From Octopus sinensis (taxonomy: Eukaryota): a DNA stretch of 64,000 nt. The notes below the pieces were generated by a model. That model was not told where the DNA came from. It did not search any database and saw only the letters and a list, made by a program, of their open reading frames with translations. Of the stretch, positions 1-11,882 are shown piece by piece. Within the stretch, counting starts at the first letter, position 1. Each line of letters begins with the position of its first letter. The stretch lies in NCBI RefSeq assembly GCF_006345805.1, contig NC_043008.1, positions 37,200,001 to 37,264,000 on the forward strand, read 5' to 3'. A program made the position numbers and the translations under genes.

Positions 1-180
1 ATAAGCTAACAGATTGTTTCTAACTTATAAACCACTTTGATAATAAATAACAGTGACTTTGATATCATGGCTGGAAACTTTAATGAATATAAAGGATGTT
101 TACTTGGATGTGCATGTAGGCTATAAATCATTGATATAGTATAAAAAATGAAGTGGGATCAAGGTCTTTAGAGTTCTGTC

Positions 181-379
181 GGGTGAAATGCGTAGCTGTA
201 TTTCGTGTGTCATTACATTCTGAGTTCAAATTCCGCTGAGGTCAACTTTGCCTTTCATCCTTTCGGGGTCGATTAAATAAGTACCAGTTATGCACTGGGG
301 TCGATGTAATCGGCTTAATCCGTTTGTCTGTCCTTGTTTGTCCCCTCTGTGTGTAGCCCCTTGTGGGTAGTAAAGAAAT
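181..379 (+). mobile_element. tRNA-derived SINE, family A (core GAGGTCGACTTTGCCTTTCATCC...GGGGTCGATTAAATAAGTACCAG), 5'-truncated
   Basis: B-box-like GAGTTCAAATTCC followed by a conserved core shared with 12672-12907, 14556-14770 and 58151-58387. Confidence 0.85.
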
Positions 380-1199
380 GGGTATAAATATCTAATCTTG
401 TGCAACACTAACTTTAAGAAACAGGTCTTCCATCTGATCAATTACTACTCAAGCAAGCAGGCACTTAAGTGAGTTAGACTTTGAACTCACCAAGAAATAG
501 GATAAATAGATGATTGAGAATAGTAAGTCTTACACTGGTGAAGAATGTATCACTCAACATAGATTAGTGGTAAGTAATATGAAAGTAAGAGAAGGGCAGA
601 CTAAGTGAAACAAGAACATTTAGAGAAGGGAAAAGTAGGAACTGAAAGATTCCACTTCTAAGCATTAAGTTCAGAGAGATTCTTGGTGATGCGTATGATG
701 AAAATGAAGATGAGAAGGAGAAAGAGGGCCCATGACTTAGAATACAACAAGGAATTTCTACAAGACAACTTGCTGTAAGTCAAAGTTCAGACATGTGATT
801 GGAACAAGAAGTTTGGCAATGTTTTCATATGAAAGGATCAGAGGTCTGAGATGTTCTAAATCAAGCTGTTAGTGGAGAAAAGTGTGTTCCAAGGGACACT
901 GATGCACTCATTCTCATTGATGTTGCAGATGAAAGGCTTGGAAATGCTATTATGGGAGGTTGATGAAAGGGAGACAATACATGGAAAAGAGAGAGGCTGT
1001 CCATGTAGATTCAGCAGAGGGACCCACTATTCAAGTTGACTGCTGCATAGTCAGAAGTTTGATTTGGCATATGTAATCAGAGACAAACTGTGGAGACACT
1101 GAAACTATTTGGCAAAGTAAGAATAGAATTAGTCACAAAACCAACTAAGTTATAAATAGAAGTATCATCGAAAGACATGTCTAGAAGTCACATCATCAA

Positions 1200-1510
1200 T
1201 TGCTACTAGGGCTAAGGAGATTCTCTAGAAGAAACGACTGTGGATATGTCAAACTGACAGACTAAGTTATGAAAGTAATCAGGTGTTATAGCATAAGGGA
1301 TCAGGAATTAGAGATGCAGTTTGGGTTTGTGCCAGGGTAAGGTACATCCAATGCTCTCTTGTTGATGGAGGATTTGAGAAAACTGTGCAAACTATGTAGA
1401 GAAATGTTGTTTGTAAGGTGAGGAATTTGGTGTGAAAACAGGTGTCCAGCTGGTCTTAGTTCACAGTCCATTCTTGTTATTGCAGGTATTCAGTCCAAAA
1501 CAGAGGAGTT
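1200..1510 (+). pseudogene. Decayed RTE-clade LINE reverse transcriptase fragment
   Basis: Manual translation gives EMQFGFVPG*GTSNAL and EEFGVKTGVQLVLVHSPFL, resembling the RT motifs QFGF.PGRGT.DA and VGVHQGSVLSP. Confidence 0.65.
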
Positions 1511-1754
1511 AGTCCCAACTCCCAGGGCTTGTAGAATTTATTTTTTTGACAGCAAGGTAAACAATACATAAATCAGAATTGGGCTCTAGACCAACGAGGT
1601 CCTTGGGAAATTTTCCAGTGTGGCAGTGCATTAAGATGGCCCTGAGTGCACCTGCTGTAAATTATGGGTGCATAAAAGGTGACAAAGAATAATGGCGATT
1701 GACAGAGAAGGAAGATTTTGCACAAGAGCAGTTAATAAAATGAGCGACTGGGAA

Positions 1755-2862
1755 ATATTTATTTACATTATTTACATTCAACAGATATTTGTCCTTATCT
1801 TTTGTGTTGTTAACATAACGTTTTTGATGATATACCCTCCAGCCTTGTTCTTGGGGAAATTTCAAACCTGGGTTCTCATTGCTAAGGTATTTTTGGATGC
1901 TATTATTATTATTATTATTATTGTTGTTCAGGTCACTGCTTGGAATTGAACTCAGAATCTTGGGGTTAATAGCGCATGCTCTTAACCACTATGCCATATG
2001 CCTATGGGTAATTATGGAGTGAATTTTAGGGCTTATAAATCTAATATTTTTCTATCCTTCCTTAATACTGGTTCCCATATGCTGCTCATATCTGCACTCG
2101 GTCTGCTTTGGAGGTTGTTGTGTCCTAGCATATGTGCTGCTTCTTTTAGTTTTTGTATTTTCCAGTGGTGTTCTCTGTCTATTATTTTAACTTCATCCCA
2201 CAGGGGGAGGTGGTCTCAGTTTTTCCATAGATGATCAGGTATACCCAATTTATCAATATCTCCTCCTGTCACAACTTTGCGATGTTCGTCTACCTTTATT
2301 TTTAGGGGGTGGTATGTTTCACCTTTGTATAACCTACCACAGCTGCATGGGATGGAGTACACGCAGTCTTTGGTCATATTCTCTTCTAATGGTGGTTTTA
2401 CTTGAAGAAGATATTTGTAAAGTGTTGTATTACCCTTGAATACTGTCCTGATGCCATATGGGCCACATATCTTTTGTATCATTTTGGAGAGGCCTTCACA
2501 TAGGGTAGGCAGACTGTGGACAGTTTATTGGCCTCATCCTCTCTCTTCTTCATAATTGGAGTGGATAGTATACTTATGGGGTAGTTGTTGCTTAACAGAT
2601 CGTTATTGGGCTTCATCATTTCTTTGTGGTGTGTATCACGATCGCTACTTATATTCTTTGCATGATGTTTTAGGCACTGAACAATCCCTCTCTGCATTAT
2701 GGATGGTGGGAATTGAAGTTGAGGTATCGTCCAGTAAAAGTCGGCTTGCGGTATATGAATGTCCTGAATCCATACTTGGTGTGTGTGATTAAAAAAAAAG
2801 AAGACAATCAGCTGCCATTCCTGGACATATTAATAATATGCACCAAGTATGGATTCAGGACA
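1755..2862 (-). mobile_element. Truncated Penelope-like retroelement (RT C-terminus, GIY-YIG endonuclease, 3' region) with inverted 5' end
   Basis: ORF 2216-2482 has CVYSIPCSCGRLYKGET...EH (GIY-YIG). Upstream YRKPTFTGRYLNFNSHHP is PLE RT. LPFLDILI lies on the opposite strand at ~2800-2836. Confidence 0.85.
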
Positions 2863-2910
2863 ATGCATTAAAGGGGTACAGAAAATTTAGAAGAATTAAC
2901 TGTTGTTCCT

Positions 2911-2927
2911 ATCATCACCATCATCAC

Positions 2928-2995
<68 letters not shown>

Positions 2996-3150
2996 ACATC
3001 ATCATCATCACAACCATCACCACCACCACCACTACAACAACCACTACCATGACCATAACAAAAACAATGAAGACTGATGATGAAGATGACCATCACCACT
3101 ATCGTCATCCCTAACATCATTGTCATCATCATCATCATCATCAGCAGCAG
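2911..3150. repeat. (CAT)n/(CAC)n trinucleotide microsatellite
   Basis: Directly visible; source of the poly-His/Asp/Met ORFs. Confidence 0.95.
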
Positions 3151-4049
3151 CTGAAATGTATGCCCCCTTTTCTCGCAAGTATTGGTAGGACACTTTTGCA
3201 GAGGCAATAATTTTGGCTGGATACCTTTCCTGTTGCCAAGCTCTCTTAGTTATCTCTTTTGGTATAAAAGGACACAATTTCACCAAGTCAAAAATCAGAA
3301 TACATACAGCACATATGCATCCTTAAAAAAAAGAGTCCAAAACAAATGCAAAGAATATTATGCCATTCTATTTATTTAATACAAAACTCACAAAAACTCT
3401 AATAGAAAAACTACCAAACTGAGAAATAAGAAAATAAAAGTGAAAATTAACCCAAATAATTCATAGAATAACTGAAATTTGAAAATTTAAAAGCGAAAGA
3501 CAATTGTATTTGCAGTTTTAGAAAATCTCCCAGGAACATAATTGATGATGTATAGCAGTTGCCATGAGGATCTCCAAGGCAGATTACTACCCAAAACACA
3601 AATGCTGGTTTATCAATCGATTATTCTCTTACATAAAGTCTAAATTTATTCTCGAATTATGATGTTTTTGTTTAGTTATTTGTGTTAAATAATGAACAGT
3701 GATGCAAATGAGATGAGCACTAAATTTGCATAAAAGTAAGAACTTTCAAAACTCATACAATGCATAGATTTTTACATCAGTACTATATCTTCAGGAATAT
3801 AAATTCTTTCCTATGTATTTAATCATCCAATAGCTTTATATAATTTCTTATAGAAAAAGAGCACCCATTTTTTTTCATTTTTCATTTGTTTTTTTGATAA
3901 TGTAAAAATGCCTGCATCTTATCTGTATAGAAGCATTTGTGGTATTTTCTTCCAAAAGATTAATATTATTGTGGTATTCATAGCATTGGCAGAATTGTTA
4001 AGCATCATATTTTCATAGGGATGATAGAAATAATGGTACACCCTTCCCA

Positions 4050-4345
4050 TTTTTTGTTTGTTCCTTCTCGAGCTAAGCCAAGCTCATAAGGGCCGGTTTC
4101 TTGGTTTCCTTGGCGTATTGGTTCCCCACCTGGACAGGATGCCAGTCCGTCACAGGTGAGCTGCAAGATGCAGGAGGAAAGAGTGAGAGAAAGTTGTGGC
4201 AAAAGAGTCAGCAGAAGTTTGCCATTACCTTCTTCCAGAGCCACGTGGAGCTTAGGTGTTTCGCTCATAAACACACACATCGCCCAGTCTGAGATTTGAA
4301 CCTGTGATCCCTCGACAGTGAGTCCACTGCTCCACCCACTAGGCC
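4050..4345 (-). mobile_element. tRNA-derived SINE, family D
   Basis: Highly similar to 23790-24106 (+) and 25917-26226 (-); tRNA head at the right end. Confidence 0.85.
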
Positions 4346-4560
4346 AGTTTTCCGGTTTCAGTGGCGTAGAAATTTCCCACCTGGATGGGATGCCGGTCCG
4401 TCGCAGAATTACTCATTTTTGCTAGCTAAGTGGACTGGAGCAACATGAAAATGAAGTGTTTTGCTCAAGAACACAACGCATCAAACAGTCCAAGAATCGA
4501 AACCACAGCCTTAAGATCATGACTTCAACACCTTAACCACTAAGCCACATCCTTCCACAC
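4346..4560 (-). mobile_element. tRNA-derived SINE, family E
   Basis: Reverse complement of the 5566-5820 copy (GTTCTTGAGCAAAACACTTCATTTCA core). Confidence 0.75.
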
Positions 4561-4978
4561 ACCCTTCCCATGTGACAAGTGGTATGATGTGGTCACTATA
4601 AATAGGAGAGTACAAAGCAGTACGGGGGAGTATGTAGTAGGCAGTCAGAGATAGTTGTGCCTTTACTGGTTTTACTAAGAATACTGTATAACAATCCAGC
4701 ATTTTAAGGATTATAACACATATAAAATGCCTTGCAGTATTTGTTCTAGCTTCTTTACATTCTTAGTTAAAATTCTCTGTTAAAATCGGTTAACTCTCTC
4801 CCTACAAACTTTGAGGCCCTGTCTTTATGTTAGAAACAATTATTATAAGAGCAGTGGAATGGCAGAAGTATTAGTGTGTTGGACAAAATGCTGGTTCTTT
4901 ACATTTTGAGTTTAAATCCAGTTGAGGACAACTTTACCTTTCATCCTCTTAAGGTATAAATTTTATAAAACACATTTC

Positions 4979-5012
4979 AGTACCAGTTTCAGTCATTGAG
5001 ACTTTTTCAACT
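4979..5012 (-). ncRNA. Minimal hammerhead-like motif, U3-A8 core variant (same family as 7516-7549)
   Basis: Minus strand reads AG-UUGAAAA-AGUC(UCAAU)GACU-GAA-ACUGGU-A-CU; lies in a cassette (~4955-5075) homologous to 7450-7575. Confidence 0.6.
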
Positions 5013-5565
5013 CTAAGTATGGAAAAACAATTAAATTTTGGAAAAATTATAAGAAAGTTTTTTAAAAGAATATTTAAAAGATAATAAAGTATCCCTTAAA
5101 TATTGGGATTGATTTATCATATTTTCTGGCATATAAGTGTAAATTTTCAAACCAAAATTTACTGTCAAAAAAAAGTAGGTTGACTGATACACCAAGATGA
5201 CTTCAGAGCACCAAAATTTCCTTGTGAAATGCAGAAGCATTTAGAAAGATTGTGACAATGTTTGAATGGTTGCACTACATCTTTGCACTATGTACTGCAT
5301 TGACTCATATGTCAGCAAATACAGTAATCAACAGTTTGTTGAAGGCAAACAATTTCAAACTTCAAAGTCACAGTTAACCTTTGTCCTGGTAAAATTTTAA
5401 AATGCTAATACTTTGCTAAAAGATATTGAGTAATCCTTTAGTTTAATATTAAATTTTATTTTTTTTTATATGACATAAAAATAAACATTAATATAATCGA
5501 CTTACCTCAGTCCACAAAATTCCTGGCCTTATGCATCATTTACAACCACATATTGTGGTAATTAG

Positions 5566-5820
5566 TGAAGGCACGTGGCTTAGTGGTTAGGGTGTTAGCA
5601 CCATGATTGTAAGATTATGGTTTCGATTCTTGGACCGGGCGACGCATTTTGTTCTTGAGCAAAACACTTCATTTCACGTTGCTCCAGTCCACTCAGCTGG
5701 CAAAAATGAGTAATGCTGCAATGGACTAGTGTCACATCCAGCTGGGGAACTCATACGCCATAGAAACCAGGAAACCGGGTCCATGAGCCTGGCTAGGCTT
5801 TAAAAGGGCGCATTTATTAT
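5566..5820 (+). mobile_element. tRNA-derived SINE, family E, near full length
   Basis: A-box TGGCTTAGTGG and B-box-like GGTTTCGATTCT; body shared with 4346-4560 and partly with 44098-44300 and 50270-50580. Confidence 0.8.
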
Positions 5821-6647
5821 TCATTGTGATAATTAACAATGTGTACTTTTGACAAGTACTGCTAAAATTTTAAAGCTTCTTCAGAATTTAAAAGAAAATA
5901 TCAATGACAATGAACAAAGAACTGAAACTTTCAATTCATAATACATCAGATATAATTAAAACCTTAAGATACTAATTTAAAATTCATGAATATATTTCAT
6001 TTCATTATATAATTACAATACATCTCTTGTTTTAATCTGAAATTAAAATTCTATTGTCTATCAATCTAAAAAATGAGAAAAAAATTATTTACTTATGGCA
6101 AATATATTTCTCAATCACTTAAATGCATGAAATGTTTCTAAGTGCATTGTTAAACCTTATAGGTAAAAATCCAAGGTTACCAACCCATTTCAAATTTAGT
6201 TGTTTCTCAATGTTACTTATATAAATATTAGGTTTATTAATGAAATAGGCAAAACGTAACTGTATTGAAATATTATGTGCTTGTTTGTAAATATTATAAA
6301 TAATAAATAACAAGCTATACATCCATACATATATTGGAGGTGGGAGTCCCACCTCCAATATAAATATATGTGTGTGTGTGTGCATGTGTGTATGTACATA
6401 TATGTGTATATATATATATACACATATGTGTATCTATAGTTATATCTATCTATTTATCTCTCTCTCTCTCTATCTATCTATACACATACATCATCTGCAC
6501 CCATACACATATATAATCATCATCATCGTTTATATATATATATATATTTCTATATACACACATATAATTAATTGTGTGTGTATGTGTGTATATGTATACC
6601 TCTCTACCTATCTCCATATACATGCATATACACATACATACATATAT

Positions 6648-6852
6648 CGAAGTCAGGATGCCATGATAGATCATTAGCTCCTACACGCATTTTTTCTCTC
6701 CTTGTTTTTTTCTGTGTATCTTTCTGTCAATGAGCGTAGGCTCGAAACGTAAAAGACTTTTTCTATTTCTATTCCTGAGCACTATACTAATACATTTGTT
6801 TGTTTGTACTCCACCTGCCTTCGTCTTTAGTTTATTTTCGTAAACTTTCCTG

Positions 6853-6855
<3 letters not shown>
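6648..6855 (+). mobile_element. (TA)n-flanked pseudo-LTR-like cassette with minimal hammerhead-like motif at 6719-6756
   Basis: UCUUU-CUGUCAA-U-GAGC(GUAG)GCUC-GAA-ACGU-A-AAAGA; homologous cassettes at 11526-11718 and 17622-17783. Confidence 0.7.
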
Positions 6856-6884
<29 letters not shown>

Positions 6885-6886
<2 letters not shown>

Positions 6887-7255
6887 TCATCATCATCATT
6901 TAACGTCCATTGTCCATTTTGGCATAGGTTGGACGGTTTGACTGGGCTGGCATACTGGAAGGCTGCAGCAGACTCCAGTCTGATTTAGCATGGCTTTCTA
7001 TGGCTGGATGCCCTTCCTAATGCCAACCACTCCAAGAGTGTGATGGGTGCTTTACATGCCACCAGCACGGGTGCCATTTGCATGACACCAGGGTACATTT
7101 ACATGCCACAGGCATGGGTGTCAGTTTGGCATGACACTGTTATCTGCCATGACTGTCACTTTGCTTGGCTTGATGGGTCCTGTTAAGCACAGCACATCGC
7201 CAAAGGTTTTGGTCACTAGTCATTGCCTCTGTGAGGCTCAAAGTTCAAAGATCAT
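6885..7255 (-). mobile_element. SINE-like repeat family C with (ATG)n tail
   Basis: (CAT)n-TTTAACGTCC...GGATGCCCTTCCTAA(C/T)GCCAACCAC motif; about 10 copies in the window. Confidence 0.8.
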
Positions 7256-7315
7256 ACTTTGCATATATAGACATAAACATATATGTATGTATATATTCAC
7301 ATATATCATACATCC

Positions 7316-7351
<36 letters not shown>

Positions 7352-7358
7352 ATATATA

Positions 7359-7600
7359 CAAGTGGCATTTTCCTTGTTTCTGCCTGTTTCTTTTGTTGAG
7401 AGACAGAGAAAGGCAGAAACAAGGAAAATGCACCTTTATTTGAACACTATGCAAATATTCTTTTAAAAACTTTTCTTTTAATTTTTCACAAAATTTAATT
7501 GTTTTCCATACTTAGAGTTGAAAAAGTCTCAATGACTGAAACCGGTACTGAAATGTTTTTTGTAAAATTATTTTAGCATTTTCTACCTTGACTCTTTTTT

Positions 7601-7602
<2 letters not shown>
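7359..7602 (+). mobile_element. (TA)n-embedded cassette with 5' hairpin (7365-7431) and hammerhead-like motif
   Basis: Perfect 21-bp inverted arms 7365-7385/7411-7431; (TA)n on both sides; second copy at ~4955-5075 (-). Confidence 0.7.
7516..7549 (+). ncRNA. Minimal type I hammerhead-like ribozyme, U3-A8 core variant
   Basis: AG-UUGAAAA-AGUC(UCAAU)GACU-GAA-ACCGGU-A-CU: perfect stem II, palindromic stem III, GUA triplet; stem I is short. Confidence 0.65.
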
Positions 7603-7635
<33 letters not shown>

Positions 7636-7845
7636 TTAGAGTATGCTTCTTTTCTAGATTTATGTTTTCTATAAACAATATATGTATATATATCATCCAA
7701 TATGGAGGCAGATTACCTACGTTCTTAAGGGGAGCACTTGAAAAATTGTAAAGCTTCTGCATGAAACCATTGATATCATTGTTAATCCACAAATATAGAA
7801 TACATATATCTATATGTGCACGTGCACGTACACACACACACACAT

Positions 7846-7896
<51 letters not shown>

Positions 7897-8298
7897 CACA
7901 CACATACATGTAGATAAATAGATAGATAAATAATAGTAGAAAATGGAGCAAATGATATTCTTTATTTTAAATCACTCCAACTGATTTTAAATAACTGCAA
8001 CTTAAATCACTGTAATTGATTTGAAATAGAGAATGTCATTTAATCTATTTTCTGTTGTTTATCTATTTATATAAATGTATGGACTCCATGGAATTCCTGG
8101 TGTAGATCAAGTATCAAGAGCATTTCTGCTATATGATTACATCTGGTTGCCAATAACTGTATATGAGCTTTGCCAAATCTTATTTAACTATATATGCAGG
8201 GGTTGGACAAAATAATGGAAACACTTAGCATCATAGCATCATCATTTTGAAATATCTATAAAACCATCAAAAGCTTGTTTATTTTTTTATGTTTTTTT

Positions 8299-9437
8299 CT
8301 AAAGAATAAAAAGTTTTGAATGGTACAATAATGTACTATAATACAAACAATAGACTATATACCTGCTGTAATTAAGTCATCCATAGTCAGATGATATTTC
8401 GGAATAAAATTCTTTCTTCAGATATTCTTAGATGGAGTCGCTGCTATAATTGGTTTTCCAACAGCTTTTCTTTTTTCGGAAGCATCTCAGCAGTGGTCTC
8501 ATGAAGCTCCTTCCAGAATTCCTCATGAGAAGTGCATGAGGTTGGCCATGTCTCAATCTTGTGTGTGTTGGTACATCTGTAGCGCTGCTTCTAAGTTATG
8601 TATTATACGTGCAGTTTCCATTTGTTTTCTTCTTTTTTACACTTCTCTTTTTTCTCGTTATAAACAATAGATGAGCATATTAACAAAAATGAACCTACAC
8701 GCATCCAGATGTAGCTAAATAATCTATTGGTTACCAACCTCCAGCCTGCTTTTAATTTGGGGTCCTAGTCTGTGTATGAATATAGCTTCCTTAATTCTTA
8801 AATTACCCAAATTTCATTCATTTGCCTCAATTGTGACTGTTATGCTTTTGTCGGTGTTCCGACATCTGTCTAGATGTTTTCTGAAGGAGGAGGCTCTCGT
8901 GTTCAGATGTTCTTTAATATGGACGTATAATGGTCTTATTGTGCTACCCACATAGAACTTGTTGCATTTGTTACATTGTATTCTATACACAACATTTACT
9001 CGTTGGCATAAATCTGTGTCACAGATGGAACATTTTATTAGCGTGCATTGTTGTCCCTCATTCGTTTCTTTGCAAGGTATCTTGTCAGAAAGGGGCCGGA
9101 GTGGGCTAGTTATATGTCTAGCCCTTCTCTTCTTATAGCTCTTCGGATGGCAGTAGTTATCCTCTCTCTAAAATGGGGTATTTTAAGGAAGCATGTGTTG
9201 CTGGGTTTTCTATGTGTTTGGTGTGTTGGTTGTCTTGGGTACTTAAGTCAATTTACAATGGATCTAGGGTACCCGTTGGTTTTCAATGTATCTAGGAAGT
9301 GTGTAGTGTGGGTTACCTTGTCCTTCGTTCTGCTGCACTTGGCCTGGATGCGTGCAATTTCATTTCTGGCGTATCGTATTTTGGCACTGAGTGGAAGTGC
9401 TGAATTGTATTGAGCAAACATATCTTCACTTGGCTGC
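8299..9437 (-). mobile_element. 5'-truncated Penelope-like element (Naiad/Neptune-like Cys linker plus GIY-YIG) inserted in the Tc1 leader
   Basis: Minus-strand translation with stops and a frameshift: SALPLSAKIRYARNE...NGYP...CTLIKCSICDTDLCQRVNVVYRIQCNKCNKFYVGSTIRPL...EH...EAIFI, stop at ~8724. Confidence 0.85.
8391..8423 (-). ncRNA. Minimal hammerhead motif in the PLE 3' region
   Basis: AU-CUGAAGA-A-AGAAU(UUU)AUUCC-GAA-AUAU-C-AU; canonical core, one stem II mismatch, short stem I. Confidence 0.6.
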
Positions 9438-9532
9438 TTTTTGGTTTATTATTAGTGCTGCTTAATATGTTTTGCTAAAATTGCTGTTTCTTTTCAGATA
9501 GCATCAGAAAAAGGTAATTAAAATTCATTAAA

Positions 9533-10570
9533 ATGACAGATCTATCGGAATTTCAAAGAGGTCAAATTGTTGGCGCTCGTATGGCAGGTGCTAGCGTAAT
9601 GAAAACAGCTGAAATGATTGGTGTATCAAGAAATACTGTCTTGCAAGTAATGACAGCCTTTGAGAAAGAGGGAAAAACCTCCTCATCAAAACAAAACTCC
9701 GGAAGAAAACCAAAACTTTCAGATAGGGACTGTTGGACTCTTGCACAAATTGTTAGAAAGAATCACAAAGGTACAGCTCCCAAAATTATTGCAGAGCTTA
9801 ATGACCACCTCGAGAACCCAGTTTCCACAAAAACTGTTCGCCGGGAGCAGCACAAAGCCAGATTTCACAGAAGGGTTGCAATCAGAAAACCACTACTTCC
9901 AAAAAAAAAAAATCATTGCAAAGAGTTTAAAGTGGAGTAAAAAAACCTACAGAACTGGGCCCCAGAACAGTAGAAGAATGTTATTTTCTTGGACGAATCA
10001 TCCTTTACCTTATTTCCAACCACCTGCTGAGTATATGTGTGGAGACAGCCAAAAGAAGCATTTAACCCAGACTGCCTTCTTCCAACTGTTAAATATGGAA
10101 GAGGATCTGTGATGATCTGGGGAACTATATCTTGGAAATTCACCGGCCCAATAGTTTCCCTTCATGGCAGAATTAATAATCAAGACTTTTTAAGCATTTT
10201 ATCTGATCAAATTTATCCTATGGTTGCAGAACTGTTTCCAGAGGTAAACGCAATCTTTCAGAATGACAATGCACCAATTCACATAGCTAAAGATGTTACT
10301 GATTGGCATGAGGAACATTCTAGAGAAGTTGAACATCTTATCTGGTCACCACAGTCACCACATCTCAATATTATTGTACATTTATGGTGGATTTTAGAAA
10401 AACAAGTAAGGAGTTGATATCCTCCAGCCTCATCACTACAAGAACTGGAGACTGTTTCAGCTGAAGAATGGACAAAAATTCCTTTGGAAACAATTCAAAC
10501 TTTGTACGAGTTCATACCTCACAGAAGTCAAGCTGTAATTATTGCCAAATGAGGTCCCACCCCATATTAA
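9533..10570 (+). pseudogene. Tc1 transposase pseudogene (frameshifts and stops)
   Basis: MTDLSEFQRGQIVGAR HTH, GRKPKLS, DES, VKYGRGSVMIWG, FQNDNAPIH, WSPQSPHLNII (catalytic E lost). Confidence 0.9.
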
Positions 10571-10631
10571 AATAAATTTGTTTCAAATTTTAAGGTGTTT
10601 CCATTATTTTGTCCAACCCCTATATATATAT

Positions 10632-11037
10632 ATACTCTTTTACTCTTTTACTTGTTTCAGTCATTTGACTGTGGCCATGCTGGAGCATCGCCTTTAGTCG
10701 AGCAAATCGACTCCCGGACATGTTCTTTGTAAGAATAAATTCTATCGTTTTTTTTGCTGAACCACTAAGTTACGGGGACGTAAACATACCAGCATCGGTT
10801 GTCAAGCGATGGTGGGGGGGACAAACACAGACACACAAACACACACACATATATATATATATATACATATATACGATGGGCTTCTTTCAGTTTCAGTCTA
10901 CCAAATCCACTCACAAGGCTTTGGTCGGCCTGAGGCTATAGTAGAAGACACTTGCCCAAGGTGCCATGCAGTGGGACTGAACCCAGAACCATGTGGTTGG
11001 TAAGCAAGCTACTTACCACACAGCCACTCCTACGCCT
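10632..11037 (-). mobile_element. tRNA-derived SINE, family B, with internal (TA)/(CA) tract
   Basis: GGAGTGGCTGTGTGGTAAG head and (AAAAGAGT)n tail; near-identical copies at 15113, 36119, 39752 and 52085. Confidence 0.9.
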
Positions 11038-11057
11038 GTGAAATATATATATATATC

Positions 11058-11517
11058 AGCGTCGTCATCATCATTTAGCGTCCACTGTCCATGCTGGCAA
11101 TGGTTTGACTGTTTGACCAGGGCTGGTAAACTGGAAGGCTGCACCAGACTCTAGTCTGATCGACTATGGTTTTCTATAGCTAGATGCCCTTCCTAACGCC
11201 AACCACTCTGACAGAGTAATGGGTGCTTTTACAGGGGACTGGCACTGGTACCATTTGTGTGATACCAGTATCTGCCACAACTGGGATTTAGTTTGGCTTG
11301 ATAGGTCTTCTTCTCAAGCATGACATAATGTCAAATGTCTCTGTCGTTGTCTTCGTGAGGCCCAACACTCAAAAGGAACACAGCCACTTTGTCACCATGG
11401 AACCCAATGCTCAAAAGGTGCTTTTTACGTGCCAGTCACATGACGCCAGCATCAGCCATGACTACAATTTCACTTGGCTCAACAGGTCTTCTCAAGCACA
11501 GCATATCGCTAAAGGTC
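11058..11517 (-). mobile_element. SINE-like repeat family C
   Basis: Similar to 6885-7255. Confidence 0.75.
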
Positions 11518-11525
11518 TATATATA

Positions 11526-11718
11526 TTTTTTTTTCTCTCCTTTTTTCTCTCCTTTTTTCTCTCCTTGTTTCTCTCCTTGTCTTTTCTGTGTCCCTTTCTG
11601 TACAAGAGCGTAGGCTCGAAACGTAAAAGCCTTTTTCTATTCCTGAGCGTTATACTAATACATCTGTTTGTTTTGTACACCATCTGTCTTTGTCTTTTGT
11701 TTTTTTGTAAACTCTCCC
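11526..11718 (+). mobile_element. (TA)n-flanked cassette with minimal hammerhead-like motif at 11594-11629
   Basis: CUUU-CUGUACA-A-GAGC(GUAG)GCUC-GAA-ACGU-A-AAAG; homologous to 6648-6855. Confidence 0.7.
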
Positions 11719-11882
11719 TATATATATATATACATATATCTATATCTATATATATATATATATGTTGAAATGGGTAGCACAACGTACATTGAGAAACAGT
11801 TTACCCCATGGGCTCCTGGGGAGCGTTCTTGTTCGAGTTGCTTGCTGCGCCTTTGTTTTGTTTGGACATCGTAATTCCTGAG

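Larger units (their letters stand above)
8197..10622 (+). mobile_element. Tc1-family DNA transposon, full length but decayed, with a nested PLE insertion
   Basis: TIRs CAGGGGTTGGACAAAATAATGGAAACAC (8197) and GTGTTTCCATTATTTTGTCCAACCCC (to 10620) in TA-rich flanks; internal transposase. Confidence 0.92.

Noticed and set aside
1932-1996. Possible tRNA gene (also other A/B-box hits in the window)
   Set aside because: No complete cloverleaf or acceptor stem; these are SINE-type tRNA-derived heads
2838-3286. Poly-His, poly-Asp and poly-Met ORFs
   Set aside because: Translations of the (CAT)n microsatellite
9048-9413. 121-aa plus-strand ORF
   Set aside because: Antisense shadow of the nested Penelope-like coding fragment
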